From an uncultured Alphaproteobacteria bacterium (GTDB lineage: Bacteria; Pseudomonadota; Alphaproteobacteria; Acetobacterales; Acetobacteraceae), in contig CAWCHV010000006.1 of assembly GCA_963795435.1 (NCBI GenBank), positions 73,981 to 137,980 on the forward strand: a DNA stretch of 64,000 bases. The letters are read 5' to 3'. Shown one piece after another: positions 9,132-16,673 of this stretch. Numbering within the stretch: the stretch's first letter is position 1; every line of letters starts with the position of its first letter. The translations under genes were made by a program, and so were the position numbers. A model generated the notes under the pieces. The model searched no databases. It was not told the origin of the DNA and saw only the letters and a list, made by a program, of their open reading frames with translations.

Positions 9132-9854
9132 ATGTCCGCCGCCGCCCCACCCCAACCCCCGTCCGGCCTCGTCCCCCGCTTCGCCCTGTTCATCGGGGTG
9201 ATGAAGCGGTGCATGGCGGACGGCATCGACTGGCGCCGGCGGCAGGGCACGCTGGGCTCGCTCGGGCTGATCGCGGGGCCGCTGTGGAACTATCTCTCCC
9301 ACACCCTGCGGCGCTTCGCCGCGCTGCACGCGCGCTTCGCCGCCGGCAGGCTCCCCCCGGCCGGGGCGCGGCGCGCGCCGCGCCCGGCCCCGCGTGCGGT
9401 CGCCGATCGCGCCCCGCCGGACCACCCCGCGCCCGATACCAACAACCCCGCGCCCGAGACCGCCGCGCCGGCGCCCGCGCCGGCCATTCCGCGCGGGCCG
9501 GTGTTCCTCGAGTATGGCATGGGAGGTTCCGCCTCCCACCTGCGGGAAATGCTCGACGAGCCCGAGATGCGGGCGTTCCTCGCGGCCTCGCCGCAGGCGC
9601 GGCGGATCCTGCGGCCGCTGTGGCGCAGGCTCTCCGCCGATCCGCTGCCTGAGGCGCTGCGCCCGCCGAGGCCGCGCCGGGCGAAGCCATCCCCGGCCGA
9701 GCGGCCCCGCCGGGCACCGCCCGAGGCGGCGCGGACCGCCCCGGCCAAGCGCGCCGCATGGCGGCATCCCGGGTCGCCGTGGTCCGATCCCGCGCCGGGG
9801 GCCGCGCCGGAGCCGCCGCTGCCCGCCCGGCGAAAGCCGCCCTGGCCGGACTGA
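9132..9854 (+). CDS. hypothetical Pro/Arg/Ala-rich protein
   Basis: 240-aa ORF with very high GC3 in this frame. No recognisable domain. A GGCGGAAT..ATTCCGCC palindrome follows the stop. Confidence 0.55.
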   Translation: MSAAAPPQPPSGLVPRFALFIGVMKRCMADGIDWRRRQGTLGSLGLIAGPLWNYLSHTLRRFAALHARFAAGRLPPAGARRAPRPAPRAVADRAPPDHPAPDTNNPAPETAAPAPAPAIPRGPVFLEYGMGGSASHLREMLDEPEMRAFLAASPQARRILRPLWRRLSADPLPEALRPPRPRRAKPSPAERPRRAPPEAARTAPAKRAAWRHPGSPWSDPAPGAAPEPPLPARRKPPWPD

Positions 9855-10081
9855 CGGCGGAATGAATTCCGCCCTGCGGGACCGACGGCGCGCGGTCCTC
9901 GCACGTCCTGTACGTTGTTGTTTATTAGGAATGACTATTCCCGGCCTGCGGCGGCGGCCTCGCGATCCGATCCGGCCGCGATTCGGTCGCATCATTTCCG
10001 CATGGTTGACCCCGGCTTTCAGCGAACGGAAAGCCGGTCGAGCCAGCTATAAGCCGTCAACCACCGCCGGATTCTTCTCCT

Positions 10082-10984
10082 TTGTCACTCTCGCTCTTTC
10101 TCGAACGGGCCAGCCCCGCACCGGGCCGGCTGAGCCCGACGGCGCGGGGACTCCTTTGGATGGGCGCCTCGGGCCTGATCTTCTGCGTGCTCAACGCGGC
10201 CACGCGCGTCATGGCGGAGGAGCTTTCGCCGTTCGAGACGCAGTTCCTGCGCTACGCCGCCGGCGTCGTGGTGATGCTGCCGTTCATCGCCCGGGTCGGC
10301 TTGCAGGCCTATCACCCGAACGGGCTTGCCGGTCAGGCGTGGCGCGGCGTCGTCCATACCACGGGGCTCTTGCTGTGGTACCTCGCCCTGCCGCGCATCC
10401 CGCTCGCCGACATGACCGCGATCGGCTTCACCACGCCCATCTTCATCATGGTCGGCGCGGTGGTGGTGTTCCGCGAGCGCATGGTGTGGGCGCGGTGGGT
10501 TTCGGCGCTGATCGGGCTCCTGGGCGTGCTGGTGGTGGTCGGCCCGAAGATGTCGGGCTCCGGCGGGTTCTACAATCTCGTCATGCTGGCGTCCTCGCCG
10601 CTGTTCGCCTGCTCCTTCCTCATCACCAAGGCGCTGACGAAGCGCGACCGGCCCGAGGTCATCGTGGTCTGGCAGGCGATCGCGATCACCGTGTTCACGC
10701 TGCCGTTCGCGGTCGCGCATTGGACCTGGCCGACCCTCGCGCAATGGGTGTGGATGCTCGGCCTCGGCATGGCTGGCAGCGGCGGGCAGTATTGCGTGAC
10801 GCGGGCCATCGAATGCACCGACGTCTCGGCGACCCAACCCGTAAAATTCCTCGACCTGATCTGGACCTCGGCGATCGGCTATCTGGCGTTCGCCGAGGTG
10901 CCGGGAAACTCCACCATCGTCGGCGGCACCGTGATCTTCCTGGCGACCACCTGGATCGCCCGGCGGGAGATGCGCTCGCGCTGA
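10082..10984 (+). CDS. DMT-superfamily (EamA-like) transporter
   Basis: 300-aa protein with about 10 TM helices and a duplicated EamA-like architecture. The start (TTG 10082) is uncertain. Confidence 0.8.
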   Translation: MSLSLFLERASPAPGRLSPTARGLLWMGASGLIFCVLNAATRVMAEELSPFETQFLRYAAGVVVMLPFIARVGLQAYHPNGLAGQAWRGVVHTTGLLLWYLALPRIPLADMTAIGFTTPIFIMVGAVVVFRERMVWARWVSALIGLLGVLVVVGPKMSGSGGFYNLVMLASSPLFACSFLITKALTKRDRPEVIVVWQAIAITVFTLPFAVAHWTWPTLAQWVWMLGLGMAGSGGQYCVTRAIECTDVSATQPVKFLDLIWTSAIGYLAFAEVPGNSTIVGGTVIFLATTWIARREMRSR

Positions 10985-10985
10985 G

Positions 10986-11624
10986 CTATTCCAGATGCCA
11001 CTTGGCGGTGCGGCGGATGCGGACATGCGGACGGGTGGCGCGCTCCCGCTCGCCGAGCGCCAGCCAGTGTCGCAACTCGTCGAGGATTTCGCGGGTGATG
11101 CTGATGAGGTCCATCCGCAGCGCCTCGTCGAGCCCGTAGAAGCGCAGATTTTCGAGCTCGCCCGAGCCGCCGAGCGTGCCCGAGAGCCGTTCGGAATCCA
11201 CCACCAGGAAGCGCGCGGAAAAGCGGATCGGCGAGTTGGGCGGCGTGATCGCGCGGCAGAGATAGTGCAGCCCGTCGAGACGCGGCGGGCGGCCGAGCGT
11301 GAGGCCGGTTTCCTCCTCTAGCTCGCGCGCGGCAGCGATGGCCAGCGCGTGGGCGAGGCGAGCGGGAGCGCCGCGCTGCAAATGATCGCTGGTGTGTGGC
11401 GGCAGCGGCGTCGCGGCCTTCGCGCGGTAGTCGGCCCGGTCCACCGCGCCGCCGGGAAACACCAGGCGGTTGGGCATGAAGCGCGCCTTGGCGCCGCGCG
11501 TGCCCATCAGGATTTCGAGGCCGCCGGGAGCGCGGCGCAGAACGATGAGGCTGGCGGCGTGGCGCGGCCGGACCGGGCGTTGCCGCGCCTTGGGCGCGAG
11601 CAGATCGAGCGTGGTATCAGGCAA
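10986..11624 (-). CDS. NUDIX hydrolase
   Basis: Nudix box ...FPGGAVD...AARELEEETGL. The start is inferred at TTG 11624, because the upstream part of the track ORF overlaps the nitroreductase gene. ATG alternatives lie further in. Confidence 0.7.
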   Translation of the reverse strand: MPDTTLDLLAPKARQRPVRPRHAASLIVLRRAPGGLEILMGTRGAKARFMPNRLVFPGGAVDRADYRAKAATPLPPHTSDHLQRGAPARLAHALAIAAARELEEETGLTLGRPPRLDGLHYLCRAITPPNSPIRFSARFLVVDSERLSGTLGGSGELENLRFYGLDEALRMDLISITREILDELRHWLALGERERATRPHVRIRRTAKWHLE

Positions 11625-12453
11625 GGTCGAAACCCCGGGTCTTGAGATAGGCGGCGAAGCCGAACCGCTCGGGAACGGAGAGCTGGCGGGCGGAGTTCTC
11701 GCTCCAGCCGACGCCCTCTCGCGGCGGATAGATGTCCCGACTTTTGAGGCTGCCCGGCGCCACCGGTTCGCGCGCGTGCCGGCGCTCGTCATAGGCGCGC
11801 ACTTCGTCCTGCATCGCGGCGTCGTCGTAGCGCTCGCGATGCACCACGACCGAGGGCGGCAAGCGCATCGAGGTCGGCCGCCGCCCGTCCGGCCAGCCCA
11901 CCGTGAGGCCGGAGACCGGGAACACGCCGGCGGGTAAGCCGAGCAGCGGCGTCACCTTCTCGATGTGGCTACGCACGTAGCTGATCGGGCAGGTGCCGAG
12001 GCCGATCAGCTCCGCCGCCGCCATGAACTGGCCCATCGCCAGCGCGCAATCCACCGCGCCGTTGAGGAACGTGTCGAGATTGTTGTTGGCGTGCGGCATC
12101 GCGTGCATGTCGCACAACCGCGCGCCGCGCCGCATGTCGGCGCACCAGACGAGAAACACCGGCGCCGAGGCGATCCACGGCATCGTGCCGATCCAGTCGG
12201 CGATCCGCTTGATCCGCGCCGCGTCGCGCATCACCACCACGGAGTATTGCTGCAGGTCGGACTTGCTGGGCGCCGATTGCGCGACGGCGAGCAATCCGTC
12301 GAGCAGCGCATCCGATACCGGCTCGGCCCGGTAGCGGCGCGTCACGCGGCGGTCGAGCAGTGGCGCCGCTGCCGGCGGAACGTCCAAGTCGGACGGTGCC
12401 AGCCCAAAGCGTGCGTGCAGCAGGCGTGCAATCTCGGCCGCGGTTTGATCCAT
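11617..12453 (-). CDS. nitroreductase-family protein
   Basis: Nitroreductase-fold motifs (RRVTRRY, SAPSKSDLQQYSVVV, GLGTCPIS). The start is taken at ATG 12453 (MDQTAAE). Confidence 0.8.
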   Translation of the reverse strand: MDQTAAEIARLLHARFGLAPSDLDVPPAAAPLLDRRVTRRYRAEPVSDALLDGLLAVAQSAPSKSDLQQYSVVVMRDAARIKRIADWIGTMPWIASAPVFLVWCADMRRGARLCDMHAMPHANNNLDTFLNGAVDCALAMGQFMAAAELIGLGTCPISYVRSHIEKVTPLLGLPAGVFPVSGLTVGWPDGRRPTSMRLPPSVVVHRERYDDAAMQDEVRAYDERRHAREPVAPGSLKSRDIYPPREGVGWSENSARQLSVPERFGFAAYLKTRGFDLA

Positions 12454-12661
12454 GCGCGTCCTCCGACCGCCAGTTTGGCGGATTATCGCGAACGGGCAAG
12501 CCGGGGTCGCCTCGGCCTGCGTGCGACATCGGGTTGCCTCGTTAGCGGCCAAACTCGAAATAATTGGAAAAAGCCATTGCTTGTTGCGTCAGGTGGGCAG
12601 AAAATCCGAACAGCTAGAAAGCAACCGAAGATTGAACAGCACGCAGCTTCTCTCGCGCAAG

Positions 12662-14533
12662 ATGGCCATATCGGATTCGCGATTGGATCTCCTTTCGCTG
12701 CGGCGTGCGCCTGACATTCTCGCTGAGATCACGGCCGAGCTGGCACGCGGAACGCCCGCCATTGCATTGATCAGCGACATGGGGCGGCCGGAACGGTCGC
12801 GCCTTCTTGAGCGTCTCCACACTTATCTCGTCCGCGAAAATATTCGGGTCATCGTGGTCGATAGTATCGACGGCGAGCCGATAGGGCTCCGCCGCTTCTG
12901 CGAGCTTCTGGTCGCTGCCTCTCCCTCGGGCGCGCGCAGTCGCGGCATTGCCGAGCACCTCGCCATGACCTTCACCTCGCCGCGGGGCGGGGAGCGCGGG
13001 CTGGCGCTGATCATCGAAAACGCGGACGTGCTGTCCGCGGAAGCGCTCGGGTTCGCGGAACGTCTTGCCACGGCGAGCGGCGTGCGGACGCTTCCGATCC
13101 AGGTGCTGCTCGTCGGATCACGCACTCTCCAATCCCGATTGCCCGAGGCCGGGTCGTTCGTGGTCAAAAGTCTCGCCCGCGTCGGGACCGCGCCGGGTCG
13201 ATCGACAGCCGGCACGCCGGGCGGCAAAACGGCCGGTCGTGGGCTCGCCGCAACCGGCTGCGTCGCCGCCCTGTTTTTTTTCCTTACCGGGGCCACCGGC
13301 GATCGGGAGCGGGAACGGGAGCGCGTGTCGGCTGAAGCAGCGTCAGCCGGCAAGGTGCTAGCCGTGCGCTCCGCGCTGCCCGCCATTCCTGGCGAGCACG
13401 GGAAGAGCCCGGCCAGGCAACCCCCAGCCGAGCCCGCGCAAGCCGCGCAGCCGGCCACCCTTGCCGGCCGGGAGACGAGCCCGGCCGCGCAACCCCCAGC
13501 GGAGCCCGCGCAAGCCGCGCAGCCGGCCACCCTTGCCGACCGGGAGACGAGCCCGGCCGCGCAACCCCCAGCGGAGCCTGCGCAGGCCGCGCAGCCGGCC
13601 ACCCTTGCCGGCCAGGAGACGAGCCCGGCCGGGCAACCCCCAGCGGGGCCCGCGCAAGCCGCGCAGCCGGCCACCCTTGCCGGCCAGGAGGCGAACCCAG
13701 CCGCGCAACCCCCAGCGGACACAGCGCAAGCCGCACAGCCGGCCGCCCTTGCCGGCCAGGAGACGAGCCCGGCTGCGCAACCCCCAGCGGAGCCCGCGCG
13801 CACGATGCTACCTAGCGCTATTGACGAACGCGAGGCGGTCCCGGCCACGGAACATCCGGCAGGGTCCTCCACGCCGCAGCCGTCGATCGAGAATCGGCCG
13901 ATCCCGGTTCAACCGGCGCAAGCGGATGACACAGGCGCCGCGCCATCTACAATGTTCGCGACGCCTCCATCGGCCTCCTCGCGTGAGGATGCTGCCGTCC
14001 CACCGCGCGCCGAGCGCGATGCCGCGCAAGATCCGTCTCCCGCGGCCACGACTGCGCAAGTGCTCGCCACGAACGAGCCTCTTGGCCAATCCGCGCCGGA
14101 GGCGCCCCCGGCCGCGACAACCGGCGTTGCGTCGCCGACTTCGACTGTCGAGCCAGCATCCGTGGCACCGCGTGCGGCGGATGCGGCGAATGCGGTGTCG
14201 GCAGCCGCGTCCCCGGCATCAGCCGCCGAGCAGCCTCAAGCCAAGCCGTCACCGGCCGCGGTTGCCCTGCTTGCCCGAGGCGATGAGTTGATTGCGATCG
14301 GCGATGTGGCCACCGCACGGGTCGTCTATGAGCGGGCGGCGGCGCTCAAGTCCGGCCGCGGCGCGACTTCGACGGGACGGACCTACGATCCACGGTTTTT
14401 GCACCAGATCGGCGCAGTCGGCGTGGTGCCCGATCCCGAGACGGCGGCGGCGTGGTATCGGAAAGGCGCGGCACTCGGCGACGAGGCCGCCGCGTCGCTC
14501 CTGGGCAACCTGGGATCTAGGGCGAGTCAATGA
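12662..14533 (+). CDS. membrane-anchored ExeA/GspA-like degenerate AAA domain, tandem-repeat linker and Sel1-like C-terminal domain
   Basis: Start at ATG 12662 (MAISDS). The N-terminus aligns by eye to the ExeA AAA_22 region, but Walker A is SDMGRPERS and Walker B is LIIENAD. One TM segment (GLAATGCVAALFFFLTGA). Then 5.3 copies of a 24-aa repeat, and a C-terminus of GD..AR.VYERAA...TYDP...AAAWYRKGAALGD. Confidence 0.75.
   Translation: MAISDSRLDLLSLRRAPDILAEITAELARGTPAIALISDMGRPERSRLLERLHTYLVRENIRVIVVDSIDGEPIGLRRFCELLVAASPSGARSRGIAEHLAMTFTSPRGGERGLALIIENADVLSAEALGFAERLATASGVRTLPIQVLLVGSRTLQSRLPEAGSFVVKSLARVGTAPGRSTAGTPGGKTAGRGLAATGCVAALFFFLTGATGDRERERERVSAEAASAGKVLAVRSALPAIPGEHGKSPARQPPAEPAQAAQPATLAGRETSPAAQPPAEPAQAAQPATLADRETSPAAQPPAEPAQAAQPATLAGQETSPAGQPPAGPAQAAQPATLAGQEANPAAQPPADTAQAAQPAALAGQETSPAAQPPAEPARTMLPSAIDEREAVPATEHPAGSSTPQPSIENRPIPVQPAQADDTGAAPSTMFATPPSASSREDAAVPPRAERDAAQDPSPAATTAQVLATNEPLGQSAPEAPPAATTGVASPTSTVEPASVAPRAADAANAVSAAASPASAAEQPQAKPSPAAVALLARGDELIAIGDVATARVVYERAAALKSGRGATSTGRTYDPRFLHQIGAVGVVPDPETAAAWYRKGAALGDEAAASLLGNLGSRASQ
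13418..13800 (+). repeat. in-frame 72-bp tandem repeat, about 5.3 copies
   Basis: CAACCCCCAGC recurs at 13418, 13490, 13562, 13634, 13706 and 13778, an exact 72-nt period. The unit encodes QPPAEPAQAAQPATLAG(R/Q)ETSPAA with a few substitutions. Confidence 0.95.
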
Positions 14534-15570
14534 CACAGAGACGCGCGATCGGATATTTTTTCGGCATTTTGCTCACCAGCCTGCTTCTCTCGCTTACGCC
14601 AGCAGCCGCCCAGCCGCGCGCCGAACGCCAGATGACGCCGGCCGAGCTGTCGGTCAGGAGCAAGCTGAATTCCTGGACGGTCGGTATCGCGGGCGGGCTG
14701 CTGGAAGGCGCGCCGATCCATTTCGCCACCGAGATAGCCCGCGTGGTCGACGATGGCGACGAGCTGCACGTGCTGCCGGTGGTCACGCGCGGCCCGACGG
14801 AGAATGTCGAAGCGCTGCTCTATCTGCGCGGCATCGACGCTGCGATCATCAATTCCGATGCGCTCGACCAGTTCCGCAAGCTCGTGCCGAACATCGACCG
14901 TCGCATCAGCTATATCTTGAACCTGTTTCCCTCGGAGCTGCACATTTTCGTCCGGCCCGAAATCCATTCGCTCGCCGACCTCAACGGCAAGAAGGTCAAT
15001 TTCAATACGCCCGGCACCACCGCCGCGTACTCGGGTCCGCTCATCTTCGAGCGGCTGAACCTCAGCGTGGAGAAGACCTTCATCCCGCATCCGGCCGCGC
15101 TCCAGCAGATGCGCAAGGGCGAGGGCGGGATGGCGGCCGTGGTGTTCGTCACCTCGAAGCCGGTCGATGCGTTCGTGCGCGGGCGCTGGGATCCAGGCTT
15201 CAGGTTCCTGCCCGTCGAGATCGAGGATCCCGGGTTCTATACGCCCTCCGTGTTGACGTCGAAGGACTACCCGCAGCTCATCCCGGAGGGGCAGGAGATT
15301 CCGACGATCTCGGTGCCGACAATTCTCGCGGCGTACAACTGGCCGAAGGGCTCGGACCACTATGCCCGCCTTGCCCGCCTCGTCGATCACCTGTTCGGTC
15401 GGCTCGATCAGCTCCAGGCGCCAGGGTTCCATCCCGCGTGGAAGGACGTGAACATTGCGGCGCAGGTGCCGGGCTTGAGCCGGTTCGTGCCGGCCCAGGA
15501 GTGGATCGACCGTAACCAAGGCGAGCGGCGCGCCACCTTGTCTACCGGACCGGGCGCGCCGCAGCGCTGA
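14530..15570 (+). CDS. TAXI-family (TRAP-associated) periplasmic solute-binding protein, orphan
   Basis: ATGA start/stop overlap with the upstream gene. Signal peptide present. TAXI-like VGIAGGLLEGAPIHFATEIARVV...TRGPTENVEALL...DLNGKKVNFNTPGT. Confidence 0.65.
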   Translation: MTQRRAIGYFFGILLTSLLLSLTPAAAQPRAERQMTPAELSVRSKLNSWTVGIAGGLLEGAPIHFATEIARVVDDGDELHVLPVVTRGPTENVEALLYLRGIDAAIINSDALDQFRKLVPNIDRRISYILNLFPSELHIFVRPEIHSLADLNGKKVNFNTPGTTAAYSGPLIFERLNLSVEKTFIPHPAALQQMRKGEGGMAAVVFVTSKPVDAFVRGRWDPGFRFLPVEIEDPGFYTPSVLTSKDYPQLIPEGQEIPTISVPTILAAYNWPKGSDHYARLARLVDHLFGRLDQLQAPGFHPAWKDVNIAAQVPGLSRFVPAQEWIDRNQGERRATLSTGPGAPQR

Positions 15571-15573
15571 CCC

Positions 15574-15614
15574 GGCCATTGCGTCGACTTGGCCATTGTG
15601 TTGGCTGGCCATTG
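15574..15614 (+). promoter_or_regulatory. three direct GGCCATTG repeats upstream of the DsrE-family gene
   Basis: GGCCATTG at 15574, 15591 and 15607 (17- and 16-bp spacing) inside a 58-bp intergenic gap. Confidence 0.35.
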
Positions 15615-15628
15615 TTCTGGGAGCAGTT

Positions 15629-16126
15629 ATGAACCTCCACTTCAGTATCGTTGCCGTTCTGCTCGCCAGCCTCGTCGCGGGCCCGGGCCTTGCCGCCCCG
15701 TCGAGCACCCAGACCGCGGCGGCGACCTCGTCCTCACACCCCGAGACAAGCCCGAAGAAGCGCCATCGCGTGGTGATCCAGGTGAGTGAGAACGACCCGA
15801 AGATCATGAATCTGGCGCTGAACAACGCCGAGAACCTGACGAAATTCTATGAGCAGGCAGGCGAGACGGTGCAGATCGAAATCGTCGCCTACGGCCCCGG
15901 GCTGAACATGGTTCGCAGCGATACGTCTCCCGTAAAGGACCGCCTCGCCGCGCTCGGCAGCCACCTCAAGCACGTGACCTTCTCAGGCTGCGGCAACACG
16001 ATGGAGAACCAGTCGAAGCAGGAGAGCAAAAATATCAGCCTCCTGCCCGAAGCCCGCGTCGTGCCGACCGGGATCGCCCGCATCGTGGAACTCGAGGAGC
16101 AGGGCTGGACCTATATTCGCCCCTAA
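15629..16126 (+). CDS. DsrE/DsrF-family protein with N-terminal signal peptide
   Basis: ATG 15629 is preceded by GGGAG. Signal peptide ends LVAGPGLAAP. DsrE-like RVVIQVSENDP...ALNNAENL...EIVAYGPG...FSGCGNTM...GWTYIRP. Confidence 0.75.
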   Translation: MNLHFSIVAVLLASLVAGPGLAAPSSTQTAAATSSSHPETSPKKRHRVVIQVSENDPKIMNLALNNAENLTKFYEQAGETVQIEIVAYGPGLNMVRSDTSPVKDRLAALGSHLKHVTFSGCGNTMENQSKQESKNISLLPEARVVPTGIARIVELEEQGWTYIRP

Positions 16127-16129
16127 GTC

Positions 16130-16390
16130 ATGCGACTCGCGGCATTCGCGCTGGGAATCCTCGGCTGGGCGGCCCTGTCGCCAGCCACGGCGCAGCCCGT
16201 TCGCGACTGCCCGGGCTGCGTGGCCGGAGTGAGTTGCGAGACGAAACGGCAAGCCTGCACCGCCGAGTGTCGCGCGCAGTATTTCTCCGTCGACCCGAAA
16301 CGCGCCGCCTGCACAGCGGATTGCGCAAACGGGGCGTCCAAATGCACTCGCGACAAGTCGGGGTCTTACGTCAACCGTCCTGGCAGGTGA
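16130..16390 (+). CDS. small secreted cysteine-rich protein (CPGC plus two CTA(E/D)C motifs)
   Basis: 86-aa ORF starting 3 nt after the DsrE-family stop. Signal peptide ends ATAQP. The mature part has 8 Cys and an internal duplication KRxACTA(E/D)C. Confidence 0.6.
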   Translation: MRLAAFALGILGWAALSPATAQPVRDCPGCVAGVSCETKRQACTAECRAQYFSVDPKRAACTADCANGASKCTRDKSGSYVNRPGR

Positions 16391-16464
16391 CCCCGATCTG
16401 ATCTTACCGGGTCGCCGGACCAACCGTGCGACCGGGGCGTGATGCGAAGCATGACCCGTCGACG

Positions 16465-16620
16465 CTACGATTTCTCGGAGGACGGCGGCGTCACCGCGGG
16501 CCTTGGCGGAGCCGGCTTGTCCGGCGGCGGACGCAGGAATGACGAGCCGGCTGGTGCCGCCTTCTTGTTCGCTTTCGGCTTCTTTGCCTCGCGACCCGGT
16601 CGATCGTGACCCTTGGCCAT
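16465..16620 (-). CDS. small lysine/proline-rich basic protein (51 aa), not in ORF track
   Basis: AGGAGAG lies 5 nt before ATG 16620. Translation is MAKGHDRPGREAKKPKANKKAAPAGSSFLRPPPDKPAPPRPAVTPPSSEKS, ending at TAG 16465-16467. A 55-aa ORF on the opposite strand is an alternative. Confidence 0.35.
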   Translation of the reverse strand: MAKGHDRPGREAKKPKANKKAAPAGSSFLRPPPDKPAPPRPAVTPPSSEKS

Positions 16621-16673
16621 TTTGCTCTCCTGTCTGGTTCAGCTTGCGCCGTTCAGCCGCCGCGGCGCCCGCG

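Noticed and set aside
9855-10081. Possible tRNA, riboswitch or small RNA in the 227-bp gap (hairpins GGCGGAAT..ATTCCGCC and CCGGCTTTC-N8-GAAAGCCGG)
   Set aside because: There is no cloverleaf or T-loop consensus and no match to any riboswitch core I can recall. The hairpins are more simply a terminator for the upstream gene plus 5'-UTR structure. This cannot be resolved without covariance models.
12662-13300. ExeA-like domain taken as evidence for a type II secretion locus
   Set aside because: No gsp/exe secretin, pseudopilin or ExeB-like genes occur in the window, and the ATPase motifs are degenerate. It is treated as a domain relic in a different context.
13418-13800. Regular 72-bp repeat array considered as a possible CRISPR or satellite locus
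   Set aside because: The units are contiguous with no unique spacers. They are in frame within a long high-GC3 ORF and encode a coherent 24-aa peptide repeat. No cas genes are in the window.
12823-13872. 349-aa antisense ORF (and 13284..13736, 13358..13780) opposite the repeat region
   Set aside because: These are open only because the repeat lacks stop codons on both strands. The products are Ala/Gly/Cys/Arg-rich with no domain. The sense frame has flanking recognisable domains.
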